From the NCBI GenBank assembly GCA_038210655.1, contig JBBQWM010000003.1, forward strand, positions 49,729 through 113,728: a stretch of DNA of 64,000 nucleotides, in the 5' to 3' direction. The position numbers were made by a program, and so were the translations under genes. Positions 29,952 to 38,751 of this stretch are shown piece by piece. Numbering within the stretch: the first letter of the stretch is position 1; each line of letters starts with the position of its first letter. The notes beneath the pieces were generated by a model, which saw only the letters and a list, made by a program, of their open reading frames with translations, did not search any database and was not told the origin of the DNA. The stretch is from Chloroflexia bacterium. GTDB taxonomy: Bacteria > Chloroflexota > Chloroflexia > Chloroheliales > Chloroheliaceae.

Positions 29952-31157
29952 CTAAGTGCGCGTAGTTCCCTTGACTGCGTCGGTAGGCCCTTGCAACAAG
30001 AGTAAAAAAGTGTCCCCAACTTTTATTTTGTCTTTAGCACTCGGAACAATAATATTCACTCCCGCCAGTGTTTGCGAGTCCTTGACCGGCAAGATGGCTA
30101 TCGCTGCCGATTGATCGCCTTTGGTAAAGACCGGCCCGGTAGAGCTAGACCTGGTCGCATCTTCGGTCCAGCCTTTTTTCTTCATCTCGTCTCGATAGAA
30201 AGAGAGAAGCGCATCGGAACTTTCGCTGGTAGTGTAGGCAGCGTATTTTAGCTTGCTCGTATCGATCTTCTGGCCTGATAGCTGAGTAAACTTATCAAAG
30301 TCCTGGCTGGCGAAATCCAGTTTGGTTCCGGTCTTGGGTGCAGGCAAATCACCGACGACCCCGCTTCCGCTACTACTGACCAAAAAGAAAACCAATACGA
30401 TGACCAGCACTAACAGCAGCGCCCCGACCCCAATTAGAATAGGCAGCAGGCTGCTTTTTTTGGCGGCAGGGCTACCCGTCGGCGCGGGAGGCTGACCGTA
30501 GGCGACTTGTTGACCGCCATAATCGTAGCCTTGCGGTTGGGCATAGCCTTGCGGCTGATTGTAATCGGGTTGAGGTTGCCCGTAGCCCTGGGCCTGCCCT
30601 TGCGGTTGGGCATAGTTCTGGGCCTGTCCGTAATCGGCTTGCGGTTGGGCCGCCGGTGGTTGCCCGTAGCTTTGAGGCTGGTTATAGCCCTGTCCATAAT
30701 CGGGTTGGGCCGAAGGTTGGGGGGGATTATAGCCCTGGCCCTGCTGCCCATAGCTCTGGAATTGACCGTAATCGCGGGTAGAACCCGGAGGGCCACTCGA
30801 ATAACCCTGCTCGGCAAAACCATCCGGCGCGGCTGATTGATAGCCACTCGGAATAGTGCTGGCATTGTTTGGGGAGTCAACCACTTTCAAGACGGTCGTA
30901 CCGATCTGGACTGTATCACCGGAGCGCAAAGTCTGAGGCGAACTGATCCGGGTTCCGTTTACGAAGGTACCGTTCGACGAGTTGAGATCGGTCACGATCA
31001 AATTCCCGCCGCGTTCTTCGATCTCAGCGTGCTTGCGCGAGACTTGCTCATCCGGCACTACTACATCATTGCCCGACTGCCGCCCCACGACTACTTTATG
31101 GTTCGCTACATCGTAGGTGCGACCCGGTTCCGCACCTGTTTGAACTACAAGTTGCAT
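29952..31157 (-). CDS. FHA-domain bitopic membrane protein with Gln/Gly/Tyr-rich repeat linker
   Basis: [29 protein letters not shown] motifs; QPQ(G/D)Y repeats; single TM; C-terminal globular domain. Confidence 0.88.
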   Translation of the reverse strand: MQLVVQTGAEPGRTYDVANHKVVVGRQSGNDVVVPDEQVSRKHAEIEERGGNLIVTDLNSSNGTFVNGTRISSPQTLRSGDTVQIGTTVLKVVDSPNNASTIPSGYQSAAPDGFAEQGYSSGPPGSTRDYGQFQSYGQQGQGYNPPQPSAQPDYGQGYNQPQSYGQPPAAQPQADYGQAQNYAQPQGQAQGYGQPQPDYNQPQGYAQPQGYDYGGQQVAYGQPPAPTGSPAAKKSSLLPILIGVGALLLVLVIVLVFFLVSSSGSGVVGDLPAPKTGTKLDFASQDFDKFTQLSGQKIDTSKLKYAAYTTSESSDALLSFYRDEMKKKGWTEDATRSSSTGPVFTKGDQSAAIAILPVKDSQTLAGVNIIVPSAKDKIKVGDTFLLLLQGPTDAVKGTTRT

Positions 31158-31428
31158 GGCTTTCCCTTGTTTTTCGTTTCTAAACCTTCGCTAAATTTGC
31201 GGTTCCACGCCTACTCAATCTCATTTCACTCTTAATACCATTTAATTATACAACGTTAGTTCCAGTCAGGCAATGTAAAACCAACCGCAAGACCAACTAA
31301 TAGCTCAAACTGTTCCCTGCCGCCTAAACAAATTGCTATCGCCTTGAAGTACCGCCTACCAAGTTTGGCTATCTTTGAGCGATGGGAAACTTTTAGCAAG
31401 TTATCCAGGCTTCTACCAGCCACTTAAT

Positions 31429-32724
31429 CTAGTAATGCACTTTGACCGGCGTTCCAATCGAGGCCCAGCCATACATAAACTTGGCGGCAGGGGTCGGCAA
31501 ATTTACGCAACCATGACTCATTGGACGACCGAAATTGTTGTGCCAGTAAGTACCGTGAATAGCGTAATTCGAGTAGAAATACATCACGTAAGGTACGCCG
31601 GGCAGATAATAATATTCACGCCCACTTCCGCCACTCATCGCCTGGCTACCGTATTTGACGTAAATGTTAAAGGTTCCCGTTACGGTCGGGTGGTTTGAAA
31701 CCCCGGTGCTAACCAGCGTGCTAAACACGGCAGTCTTGCCATCATAAGCGGTCAGTCTTTGTTTACTCAAATTTACGTCGATCCACTTACCACTGGTATC
31801 GGTATTGATGACCGAGGGAGGGACCGGTTGGGCTGCGACGGCGGTCGCTTTGGGCTGAGGTGCTACAGCCCCGCTTGCGCCCGGAATAGTCAGGACCTGG
31901 CCGGAGAAAATCAGGCTGGGATTGACAATATTGTTGGCCCGTTGGATCGCCTCGACGGTGGTATTAAAACGAGTGGCAATACTAGAAAGGTTATCGCCCG
32001 ATTGTACCGTATAAGTCCCGCTACTTACTGTTGATGAAGGGGGGGCGGGGGCCACTGCCGAGGCTGCCACTGCGGTTGCCGTTGAAGCCGGAGCCGCCGT
32101 ATCAGAAGCTATAATTGGGGTAGCGGTCGGCGGAATGGGTGTCGCGGTCGCTGGAGCAGGGGTAGCCGTCGGTGGAATGGGCGTAAAAGTCGGGGCTACT
32201 ATCACGGTGGGAGCCGGGTTAACCGTCTCGGAAGCCGGGGTGGTGGCTGCCAGGGCTGAGGCCACTTTGCCCGGAATCCGCAAACTCTGTCCGGCATAAA
32301 TATAATTCATGACCGAGATTTTGTTGGCGGAAGCCAGTTCGAGTAGGGTTACATTAAAGCGAGCGGCAATTGTAGAAAGGTTGTCGCCACGCTGTACAAT
32401 GTAGGCTTGCTCATTGGTGGTCGGTGGAGTGGGACTGTTGTTAGAATTGGAGCCATTGGCGTTCGGGATCGTAAGTTTTTGCCCGCCGAAAATATTGTTG
32501 ACGTTGAGGATGTCGTTGGCTTTTGCAATCGAACTGACTGTCACACCATAACGGGCCGCAATACTGGTCAGATTATCGCCGCGCTTGACTACATAAGTTT
32601 CATCGGCGGCTTCGGCAGTCTCCACTACCACCAGTCCAATCGACAAAACCAGCACCAGCGCAATCACTAGCGAAAGCCAGCCCTGTCCCCATCCTTTTCC
32701 ACGCATAACTGCCCTGTTAAACAT
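31429..32724 (-). CDS. Secreted 3xLysM plus YkuD L,D-transpeptidase
   Basis: Signal peptide, three LysM motifs (Y.V..GDNL..IA.RF), AIHGTYW...SHGCVNL catalytic motif. Confidence 0.93.
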   Translation of the reverse strand: MFNRAVMRGKGWGQGWLSLVIALVLVLSIGLVVVETAEAADETYVVKRGDNLTSIAARYGVTVSSIAKANDILNVNNIFGGQKLTIPNANGSNSNNSPTPPTTNEQAYIVQRGDNLSTIAARFNVTLLELASANKISVMNYIYAGQSLRIPGKVASALAATTPASETVNPAPTVIVAPTFTPIPPTATPAPATATPIPPTATPIIASDTAAPASTATAVAASAVAPAPPSSTVSSGTYTVQSGDNLSSIATRFNTTVEAIQRANNIVNPSLIFSGQVLTIPGASGAVAPQPKATAVAAQPVPPSVINTDTSGKWIDVNLSKQRLTAYDGKTAVFSTLVSTGVSNHPTVTGTFNIYVKYGSQAMSGGSGREYYYLPGVPYVMYFYSNYAIHGTYWHNNFGRPMSHGCVNLPTPAAKFMYGWASIGTPVKVHY

Positions 32725-32979
32725 TGATCGTCCCTCTCAATGGGGCCACAAAAGTTACCCCTTAAACCTGGTTCGGTTTTTACTTTACCTTATAATGAAC
32801 TGCTAAAACTTGCAGGTGTGCATTGACATAACTTTACCTGTATCTCGATTATACCACCAATTTTCAACTTGACAATAAATTTGGAACTGAATTTTAGAAA
32901 AAGATTGAAAATAATTTATTTACTAAGTTTTAGCTTTCTCGGCGGTCTCTGGGGTGAGTAGTTCCAAAATTCTTATGAA

Positions 32980-33009
32980 ATAAAAAGGCGCGACGGGAAT
33001 CGCGCCTTT
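32980..33009 (-). terminator. Rho-independent terminator ending the peptide/NHLP-like transcript
   Basis: aaaggcgcga-loop-tcgcgcctttttatt on the minus strand. Confidence 0.75.
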
Positions 33010-33243
33010 AGTGGTTAAATGGGTAGTTGGGTAAGGTAAATTGGTTTATTCCTGGTTAGCGCAGACTTGGGTTCTCGCTGTTAAGTTGGCTACCCGCCGA
33101 AGTTTTATAACTAACGTTAACTAACTTCTTGGCTAGTGCGCTTAACTTACGAGGTCGGCCCTTTAGACTACAGCTAAAGAAGACCCGCCCGCTATGCTAA
33201 TTTTTGTTGTATTGCGCCACTTTGAAACTGAGACAGCCTATAT

Positions 33244-33591
33244 TTAGGCTGATCGCAAACTGCGTGCCGCCTCTGGCTGATAATTGCCAAGAGTGCCGGA
33301 ACCGACCACTGCCAGGGCGCGGCGTTGTTCTTCGCGCTCGAATCGGTCGCGCTCTTCGATAAGCAAGCGACAAAACTGCCGGAAATCCGTTGTCGCACCG
33401 GCCACGTGCTGAAGCATTTCGACTTCCAGGCGTGGCAGAGTGCAGATCGGACTGGAGTCCACTGCCATTTGCCGATTATACTCGTGAGCGGCTTCGAGAG
33501 GGTCGCGCATTAAAAGCTGCTTAAATTCACAATCAGCGACTGCCATCTCGATCAAAACATTCAGTTGTAAGGCGCTTTTTAGACTCTTCAT
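33244..33591 (-). CDS. Small protein with NHLP-leader-like N-terminus
   Basis: LIEMAVADCEFKQLLMRDPLEA resembles the nitrile-hydratase-like leader motif A..D..F+..L..DP; GAGGGGAG RBS; no Gly-Gly plus Cys/Ser/Thr core. Confidence 0.6.
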   Translation of the reverse strand: MKSLKSALQLNVLIEMAVADCEFKQLLMRDPLEAAHEYNRQMAVDSSPICTLPRLEVEMLQHVAGATTDFRQFCRLLIEERDRFEREEQRRALAVVGSGTLGNYQPEAARSLRSA

Positions 33592-33692
33592 TTCCAAATC
33601 TCCCCTCTACCAGTTCCAGAGATATTAAATCTCAAAACTGTGAGAAGTAATCGATACCAGCCATAAATCTAATTTAAGGCTAAGAGAGTCCC

Positions 33693-33845
33693 CTAGTAAC
33701 CCGAACCGTTGTCCGGCATATCGTAACCCGAACCGTTGTCCGGCATATCGTAACCCGAACCATTGTCCGGCATATCGTAACCAGAGCCGTTATCCGGCAT
33801 ATCAAGTGTGTAAACGCCCAACCCCGCAAATTTAACCTTATTCAT
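33693..33845 (-). CDS. Unannotated 50-aa peptide MNKVKFAGLGVYTL-(DMPDNGSGY)x4
   Basis: GAGGTGGAGG RBS 8 nt before ATG; four in-frame 27-nt repeats differing only at synonymous third positions; TAG directly after the last repeat. Confidence 0.85.
   Translation of the reverse strand: MNKVKFAGLGVYTLDMPDNGSGYDMPDNGSGYDMPDNGSGYDMPDNGSGY
33696..33803. repeat. Four direct tandem 27-bp repeats (coding)
   Basis: gtaacccgaaccgttgtccggcatatc x2, gtaacccgaaccattgtccggcatatc, gtaaccagagccgttatccggcatatc; no spacers. Confidence 0.95.
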
Positions 33846-34293
33846 CGAAGTAACCTCCACCTCGTTAATTCTTCTGACGTACTAGCAGGAGACCCGTTAA
33901 AGCACCAATGCTGTCGTGACTATCAGTAGACCCGTTTAGTGGACCCGTGTAAGACTTAACTTACTTGTATGGGTGTATCATACAGGATGATTCTTGTAGG
34001 TATCTTGCAGTTTTCGGTGGTTTTGAGGTTTTTTTTTCATCAATTACGCAAAATAGGGCTTTTCCTATTTTGCATCATGCCGAAATGAGGTTATAATAGA
34101 GGTAGAACCAAGTTATAGCGTATTGATGATTTGGTCTCAAATGGGAATAGCGGTTTATACTAATTTACCTCTCGATTATAAGGTATAAGTGACCGCAAGT
34201 ATAGGGTCTGGGGTAATCCAGAAGGGTAGTTATTAAAAGTAAGGCTGTAAGACCGTTCAGTAACGGTACGAAGGGTAACGGAAAAATACCATC

Positions 34294-37200
34294 ATGTTGA
34301 CCATACCTGCAACTCGCTTGCTTGTCCCGGCCCGACCCGCGCCGGAACGCTTGCTCGAACGTCGTCGCCTGTTGAGTAAATTAACCGAGCGCCGCCGCAA
34401 GCTGATGATGCTGGTCGCTCCGGCAGGTTTCGGAAAAACGACCCTGGCGCTCGACTACGTTGCCAGCAATAATTTGTGGCAGGTCGGGGAAGCCGTAGCA
34501 TGGCTTTCGCTTGACCTGGGGGGAATCGTCAAATGGGATACGCGCATTTTTGTCCAGGCCCTTAGCCTTTCTTTAAAGAATGCGTTACCCAGCCTTGACC
34601 TCTCTGAAATTCAGCACGAACTGGCGGCTATGCCACCCGGTAGTGAACTCTCCGAAGAAATGGCGGCCCACCTGACTTTTTCGCTTTGTAACGCGCTGGC
34701 CCAGCAACCCCGTCCGGTGCTGCTAACCATCGACGATTATCATATGGTCTGCGACGAGCGGAGCGTCAAGGATGCCGGGCTTATCAACGATATTGTCAAC
34801 GCCTTTCTTATAACCTCACCTGGTCAGGTGCGGATTTTGCTTTCCAGCCGGGTCTATCCACGAGTGGATACGCTTAAACTGGTCGCCGACGATGAGTTGG
34901 TGGTAGTTAATAAGAAGGAACTCAAGTTTACTGAGGATGAAATCAAAGCTTTCCTTAGTTTACGCAGCAAAGATACCGCTCTATCCAACAAGGTGATGGA
35001 AGAGAGCGGAGGTTGGGCGGCAGCTATTTCGCTCAAACTGCAAAACCTCGATATGGAGGCCCAACTCAAAGAGCAGAACTATGGTGGGGCGATTGTCGCT
35101 TCTAGCCGTTACAACATTCTGGCTGAGGAAATGCTCAAACAGCTTGAGCGTCCTTTACGCCGCCTGCTCGAAGCTTGTTCGGCCCTCGAACTTGGGATCA
35201 ATGCCCCACTTGCCAGCCGCCTGATAAGCTGTTACGAGGTGATCGAAGCGCCAATCTCGGAGGCTATTATAGAAGCGCAGCTTCAAAAGCTGGAAATTTC
35301 CGGCCTGATCGAGCGCAACGAGACCAATCCCATTGCCGACGAGAAGGTTTCCCTCTACCGTCTGCACAGCCTTCTAAAAGAATATCTCGAAAAGAACCTG
35401 AGTGAACAGGCTTCCCAGGCTCTCAACAGTGCCGCCAGCGCCTATTATCTTGAGATCGGGGATTGGTCGCTGGCTTTTGAACACGCCCTCAAAGCTGGGA
35501 ATCACCCGGAAGCCGCCGAAATTCTCGAAAGACAGGCTTACGAACAGTTCAAGAGTAGTAAGGTTTCGGAGATTGAAAAATACGTCTCGCGTTTAGATGA
35601 GTCGGCCCTGGAAAAACACCCTCACTTGCTGTTGGTAGCAGGGATGGCAAGCTTTACCGCCGGACATACCGATAAAGCGCTGGCTTATTATCACGCGGCA
35701 AACAAACGTTGGGGTCGCTACGACGCTTTAGACCAGCTGATTTATAATGAAAATCTGGGGCCGGAAAATACTCTTACCATCGTGCCGCCTGCGCTCAATA
35801 TGGATTTGTTCCGTCTACTCAACAAGGCTGAAACGGTCGTGATTATGGCCCGGCTATGGCAGGCTACCGGGCGCAACCTTAAAGCGATTGCCGCCCTGGA
35901 AGGGGTCAAAGGTTTCCTCGACTCTTTGCAGAGCGAAAGCGAGCAGAGCGAAGACCGGCGGCTTTACGTGCTGGCGCTGGCCCGGCGCTTTTTGGGCAAT
36001 TGTTATCGGTTGGACGGGCGGCTCAACGAAAGCATCGAAGAGTTGACCCGTGCCATTAACATTTTTGTCCAACTGGACGATGGTTATAATATTGCAAGCT
36101 GCCGCCAGAACCTCGGTATTTCATGGCGACAGTTGGGCAACCAGGCCCGCGCCGAATTAAACTTCCGCCAATCGCTCGAATATTGGGAGCGGCAAGGTTT
36201 TAACACCAGTCAACTTAGCAATACCCTGAATAGCCTGGCGGTCGGTTTGATTAACGAAGGTCGTTACCAGGAAGCGGTCGGGTTGCTACTCAAAGCGCTT
36301 GATAAGGCCGTCGAAGCCGGTCACGAAGCGATGAACCACTATATTCTGGCCGGTTTGGGGGATGCTTACCTGGGGTTGCGCGACAAAGAAAAGGCCCTTG
36401 CGTGTTACGCTCAGGCCGGGGCCGAGGCCAGTCGCCAGAATAATTTTGAGATGCTGACCTACGCCAAGTTGGGAACCGCTCGGAGCCAGCGCCGGGGCGG
36501 AGAAATGTCTCAGGCGCGGCAGGCAATTCTGGCCGCGCTGGATTACGCCGACGAAGGCAGCGACGGAGATCGAGCCGCTGCGACCCTCGAAAACGGGGTC
36601 TATCTATTATTTAACTCGCATATCGAACTAGCTCAGGCCAATATTGAAGGGGCGCTGGCCCTGGCTCACAAGGTGCAATCCCGCCAGACCGAGGCGCTGG
36701 CCCATTTCTGGCTGGCCTATCTCTACTTTAAAGTAGGCCGTTATAAACCGTCCAACGACAATATGCGTAAGGCAATCAATCTGGCTCAGGAGCTTGGCTA
36801 TGATGCTTTCTTGCACGAGGAAGCGACCGAACTGACCGACTTTGCCCAGCATTTCCGGGTCAACCCTAACGATGCGGTGGGCGCTTTCTTTGCGCGTGGT
36901 GACGATTACGCCGCTAACCCGGCTACCAAGATCGAGCTACGGGCCTTTGGCAAGGGCCGGATTTTGCGAGGCGGTCAAGAAGTCCCTTCGGTCAGCCGCA
37001 AGGCCCGCGAGTTAATCTTTTTGTTGGGCGATGAGAAAGTGCCGGTTAGCGGCGAACGGCTTTCCGAAATGCTGTGGCCTGAAATAGTGCTGGCCGGTAG
37101 TGGGCTAGGTAGCGGTTTTTATAGCACGATTACCCACGCTCGGCGGGCGTTGGGTAGCCCGGAGTCGATCCGGGCTTCGGACGGCTCCTATTCGCTCAAT

Positions 37201-37671
37201 TTGCGTTATTTTTACGATGTCGATCAGTTTGAGGATCATTTAAGCCGGGCTGAGAAGCTGACCGAACTAGAAACCCGGATCGAGTATTTGCTGGCGGCGC
37301 TCGATTTGGTCAAGGGTGAATTCCTGATTGATGTGGATAGCGAATGGGCGCACCAGCGTCGCCAACAGCTTTTGAATAAAAAGCTGCGAGTTCTTCGGTT
37401 GTTAGCGACCGCTTATATCGCCCTGGACAATCGAGAAAAAGCGCTGGATACTTTAACCCTATTAATGGAGGCCGACCCTTATGATGAGGAGGCTTTGCGA
37501 GAATACACTAATCTTTTGGCGGAGGTCAAGAGTAAAACCATTGCGCTTAATTTCCTGCGTCGCAAGATGGAAGAACTAACCAAAGATGGGATCGAGCCGG
37601 AAGAAGTTACTCAACAGCTTTTCGATGAACTCGATGTTTCTCGCTCGGTAGCCCGGCGGCGAAAAGCTTGA
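34294..37671 (+). CDS. Large transcriptional regulator: MalT-type ATPase, TPR array, C-terminal wHTH/BTAD (SARP-like)
   Basis: APAGFGKT, LLTIDDYH; multiple TPRs; LRAFG..., LWPE, DVDQFE, KGEFL...W, ADPYDEE BTAD motifs. Confidence 0.9.
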   Translation: MLTIPATRLLVPARPAPERLLERRRLLSKLTERRRKLMMLVAPAGFGKTTLALDYVASNNLWQVGEAVAWLSLDLGGIVKWDTRIFVQALSLSLKNALPSLDLSEIQHELAAMPPGSELSEEMAAHLTFSLCNALAQQPRPVLLTIDDYHMVCDERSVKDAGLINDIVNAFLITSPGQVRILLSSRVYPRVDTLKLVADDELVVVNKKELKFTEDEIKAFLSLRSKDTALSNKVMEESGGWAAAISLKLQNLDMEAQLKEQNYGGAIVASSRYNILAEEMLKQLERPLRRLLEACSALELGINAPLASRLISCYEVIEAPISEAIIEAQLQKLEISGLIERNETNPIADEKVSLYRLHSLLKEYLEKNLSEQASQALNSAASAYYLEIGDWSLAFEHALKAGNHPEAAEILERQAYEQFKSSKVSEIEKYVSRLDESALEKHPHLLLVAGMASFTAGHTDKALAYYHAANKRWGRYDALDQLIYNENLGPENTLTIVPPALNMDLFRLLNKAETVVIMARLWQATGRNLKAIAALEGVKGFLDSLQSESEQSEDRRLYVLALARRFLGNCYRLDGRLNESIEELTRAINIFVQLDDGYNIASCRQNLGISWRQLGNQARAELNFRQSLEYWERQGFNTSQLSNTLNSLAVGLINEGRYQEAVGLLLKALDKAVEAGHEAMNHYILAGLGDAYLGLRDKEKALACYAQAGAEASRQNNFEMLTYAKLGTARSQRRGGEMSQARQAILAALDYADEGSDGDRAAATLENGVYLLFNSHIELAQANIEGALALAHKVQSRQTEALAHFWLAYLYFKVGRYKPSNDNMRKAINLAQELGYDAFLHEEATELTDFAQHFRVNPNDAVGAFFARGDDYAANPATKIELRAFGKGRILRGGQEVPSVSRKARELIFLLGDEKVPVSGERLSEMLWPEIVLAGSGLGSGFYSTITHARRALGSPESIRASDGSYSLNLRYFYDVDQFEDHLSRAEKLTELETRIEYLLAALDLVKGEFLIDVDSEWAHQRRQQLLNKKLRVLRLLATAYIALDNREKALDTLTLLMEADPYDEEALREYTNLLAEVKSKTIALNFLRRKMEELTKDGIEPEEVTQQLFDELDVSRSVARRRKA

Positions 37672-37677
37672 TTTTTA

Positions 37678-37781
37678 GTAACTACTCAGCTTACCCATTT
37701 TGGGCGACCACACAGGGTCGCACCCTACAACCGATTTCGGGTAGGGGCGACCAGATAGGGTCGCCCGGTGTGAGTAGTTAC
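37678..37781. repeat. Composite REP doublet family B with TAACTACTCA / TGAGTAGTTA outer arms
   Basis: gggcgaccacacagggtcgcaccctac-aaccgatttcgg-gtaggggcgaccagatagggtcgccc; near copy at 59263-59364. Confidence 0.8.
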
Positions 37782-37853
37782 GATTTTTAAGAAAACAGGA
37801 CACGGCAAAAAGACTTTCAACAATTAAAACCGAAACCCTATTAAAAAAAGCTT

Positions 37854-38711
37854 ATGACGAACCAAAAACCGAAAATGCTGATCGTACTGAGCCTGCTACT
37901 ACTGGCGGGTCTTTTGGTTGCCTGTGGCTCGAACGCGCCGACGCAAAACCAGGCGACCGCTACCCTGGCCCAGCCCAGCCCGACCGTCGCGGTTGAGACG
38001 ACGCTGGCGACTACCCTAACCACGCCTACACCCCAGGAGATTTTGCCGGCCGCTACGCCCGAACCAACTCCGACTATTTTTGTCCCAACCCTTACGCCCG
38101 TGCCGGACGCAACCATCGAGCCGACCCCGACTGCCCTTGCCGTAGCATCTCCGACTGTTGCTGCCGAAACGCCTCCGACTGATGGGGCTGTTCTAATAAA
38201 TATACCGGCTCCTGAGCCACCGCTCACTCCTACACCCGCCCCCGACCCGGTGGTGACCGGTTTGATCGTTGAGCCGCCGGTCAAAGATAGCGGGCGCTGG
38301 ATCGACTTTAACCTGGGCGATGGAGTTACCCGACTGGTCGAGGGCCGTAAAGTTATCCGCGAGTTGCCGAGCGCCTATGGTTATGGCATTCCCGGCAGCC
38401 CTACCGATTATTTTAGCACCGCCCCCGGCCAATATCAGGTCTATAGTAAGCAGGAAGCTTTGCATCAAGATACCGAGTATACCGGGCTGTATTTCCAGGG
38501 TTGGGTTGGGTTCGACTCTAGCCGGGCGAATGGCTTTCACTCTTTTTTGCTGGATGACAAGGCCAGCGTGGTGGATAGCAAGCTAGGGCCGATCTCGCAC
38601 GGCTGCGTCCGCACCGAAGATTGGAAAGCGGTCTTTGATTTTGCTGAAATTGGGATGCCGGTGATCGTTCACGGCACGTCGCCGCACGTGGCCCAGGCTC
38701 GGACACCCTAG
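37854..38711 (+). CDS. L,D-transpeptidase (YkuD) lipoprotein with Pro/Thr stalk
   Basis: Lipobox LVAC; RWIDFNL, GFHS...SHGCVR catalytic motif. Confidence 0.85.
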   Translation: MTNQKPKMLIVLSLLLLAGLLVACGSNAPTQNQATATLAQPSPTVAVETTLATTLTTPTPQEILPAATPEPTPTIFVPTLTPVPDATIEPTPTALAVASPTVAAETPPTDGAVLINIPAPEPPLTPTPAPDPVVTGLIVEPPVKDSGRWIDFNLGDGVTRLVEGRKVIRELPSAYGYGIPGSPTDYFSTAPGQYQVYSKQEALHQDTEYTGLYFQGWVGFDSSRANGFHSFLLDDKASVVDSKLGPISHGCVRTEDWKAVFDFAEIGMPVIVHGTSPHVAQARTP

Positions 38712-38751
38712 CCTGATAAGCAGCCCCCAAACATGATATTGGAGATAGTAT

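Noticed and set aside
33010-33243. Extra ORF or structured RNA between the NHLP-like gene and its terminator
   Set aside because: No RBS-led ORF or recognisable Rfam motif; only weak local pairing.
33696-33803. 27-bp direct repeats as a mini CRISPR array
   Set aside because: The repeats abut with no spacers, vary only synonymously, and no cas genes are present; a coding repeat explains them.
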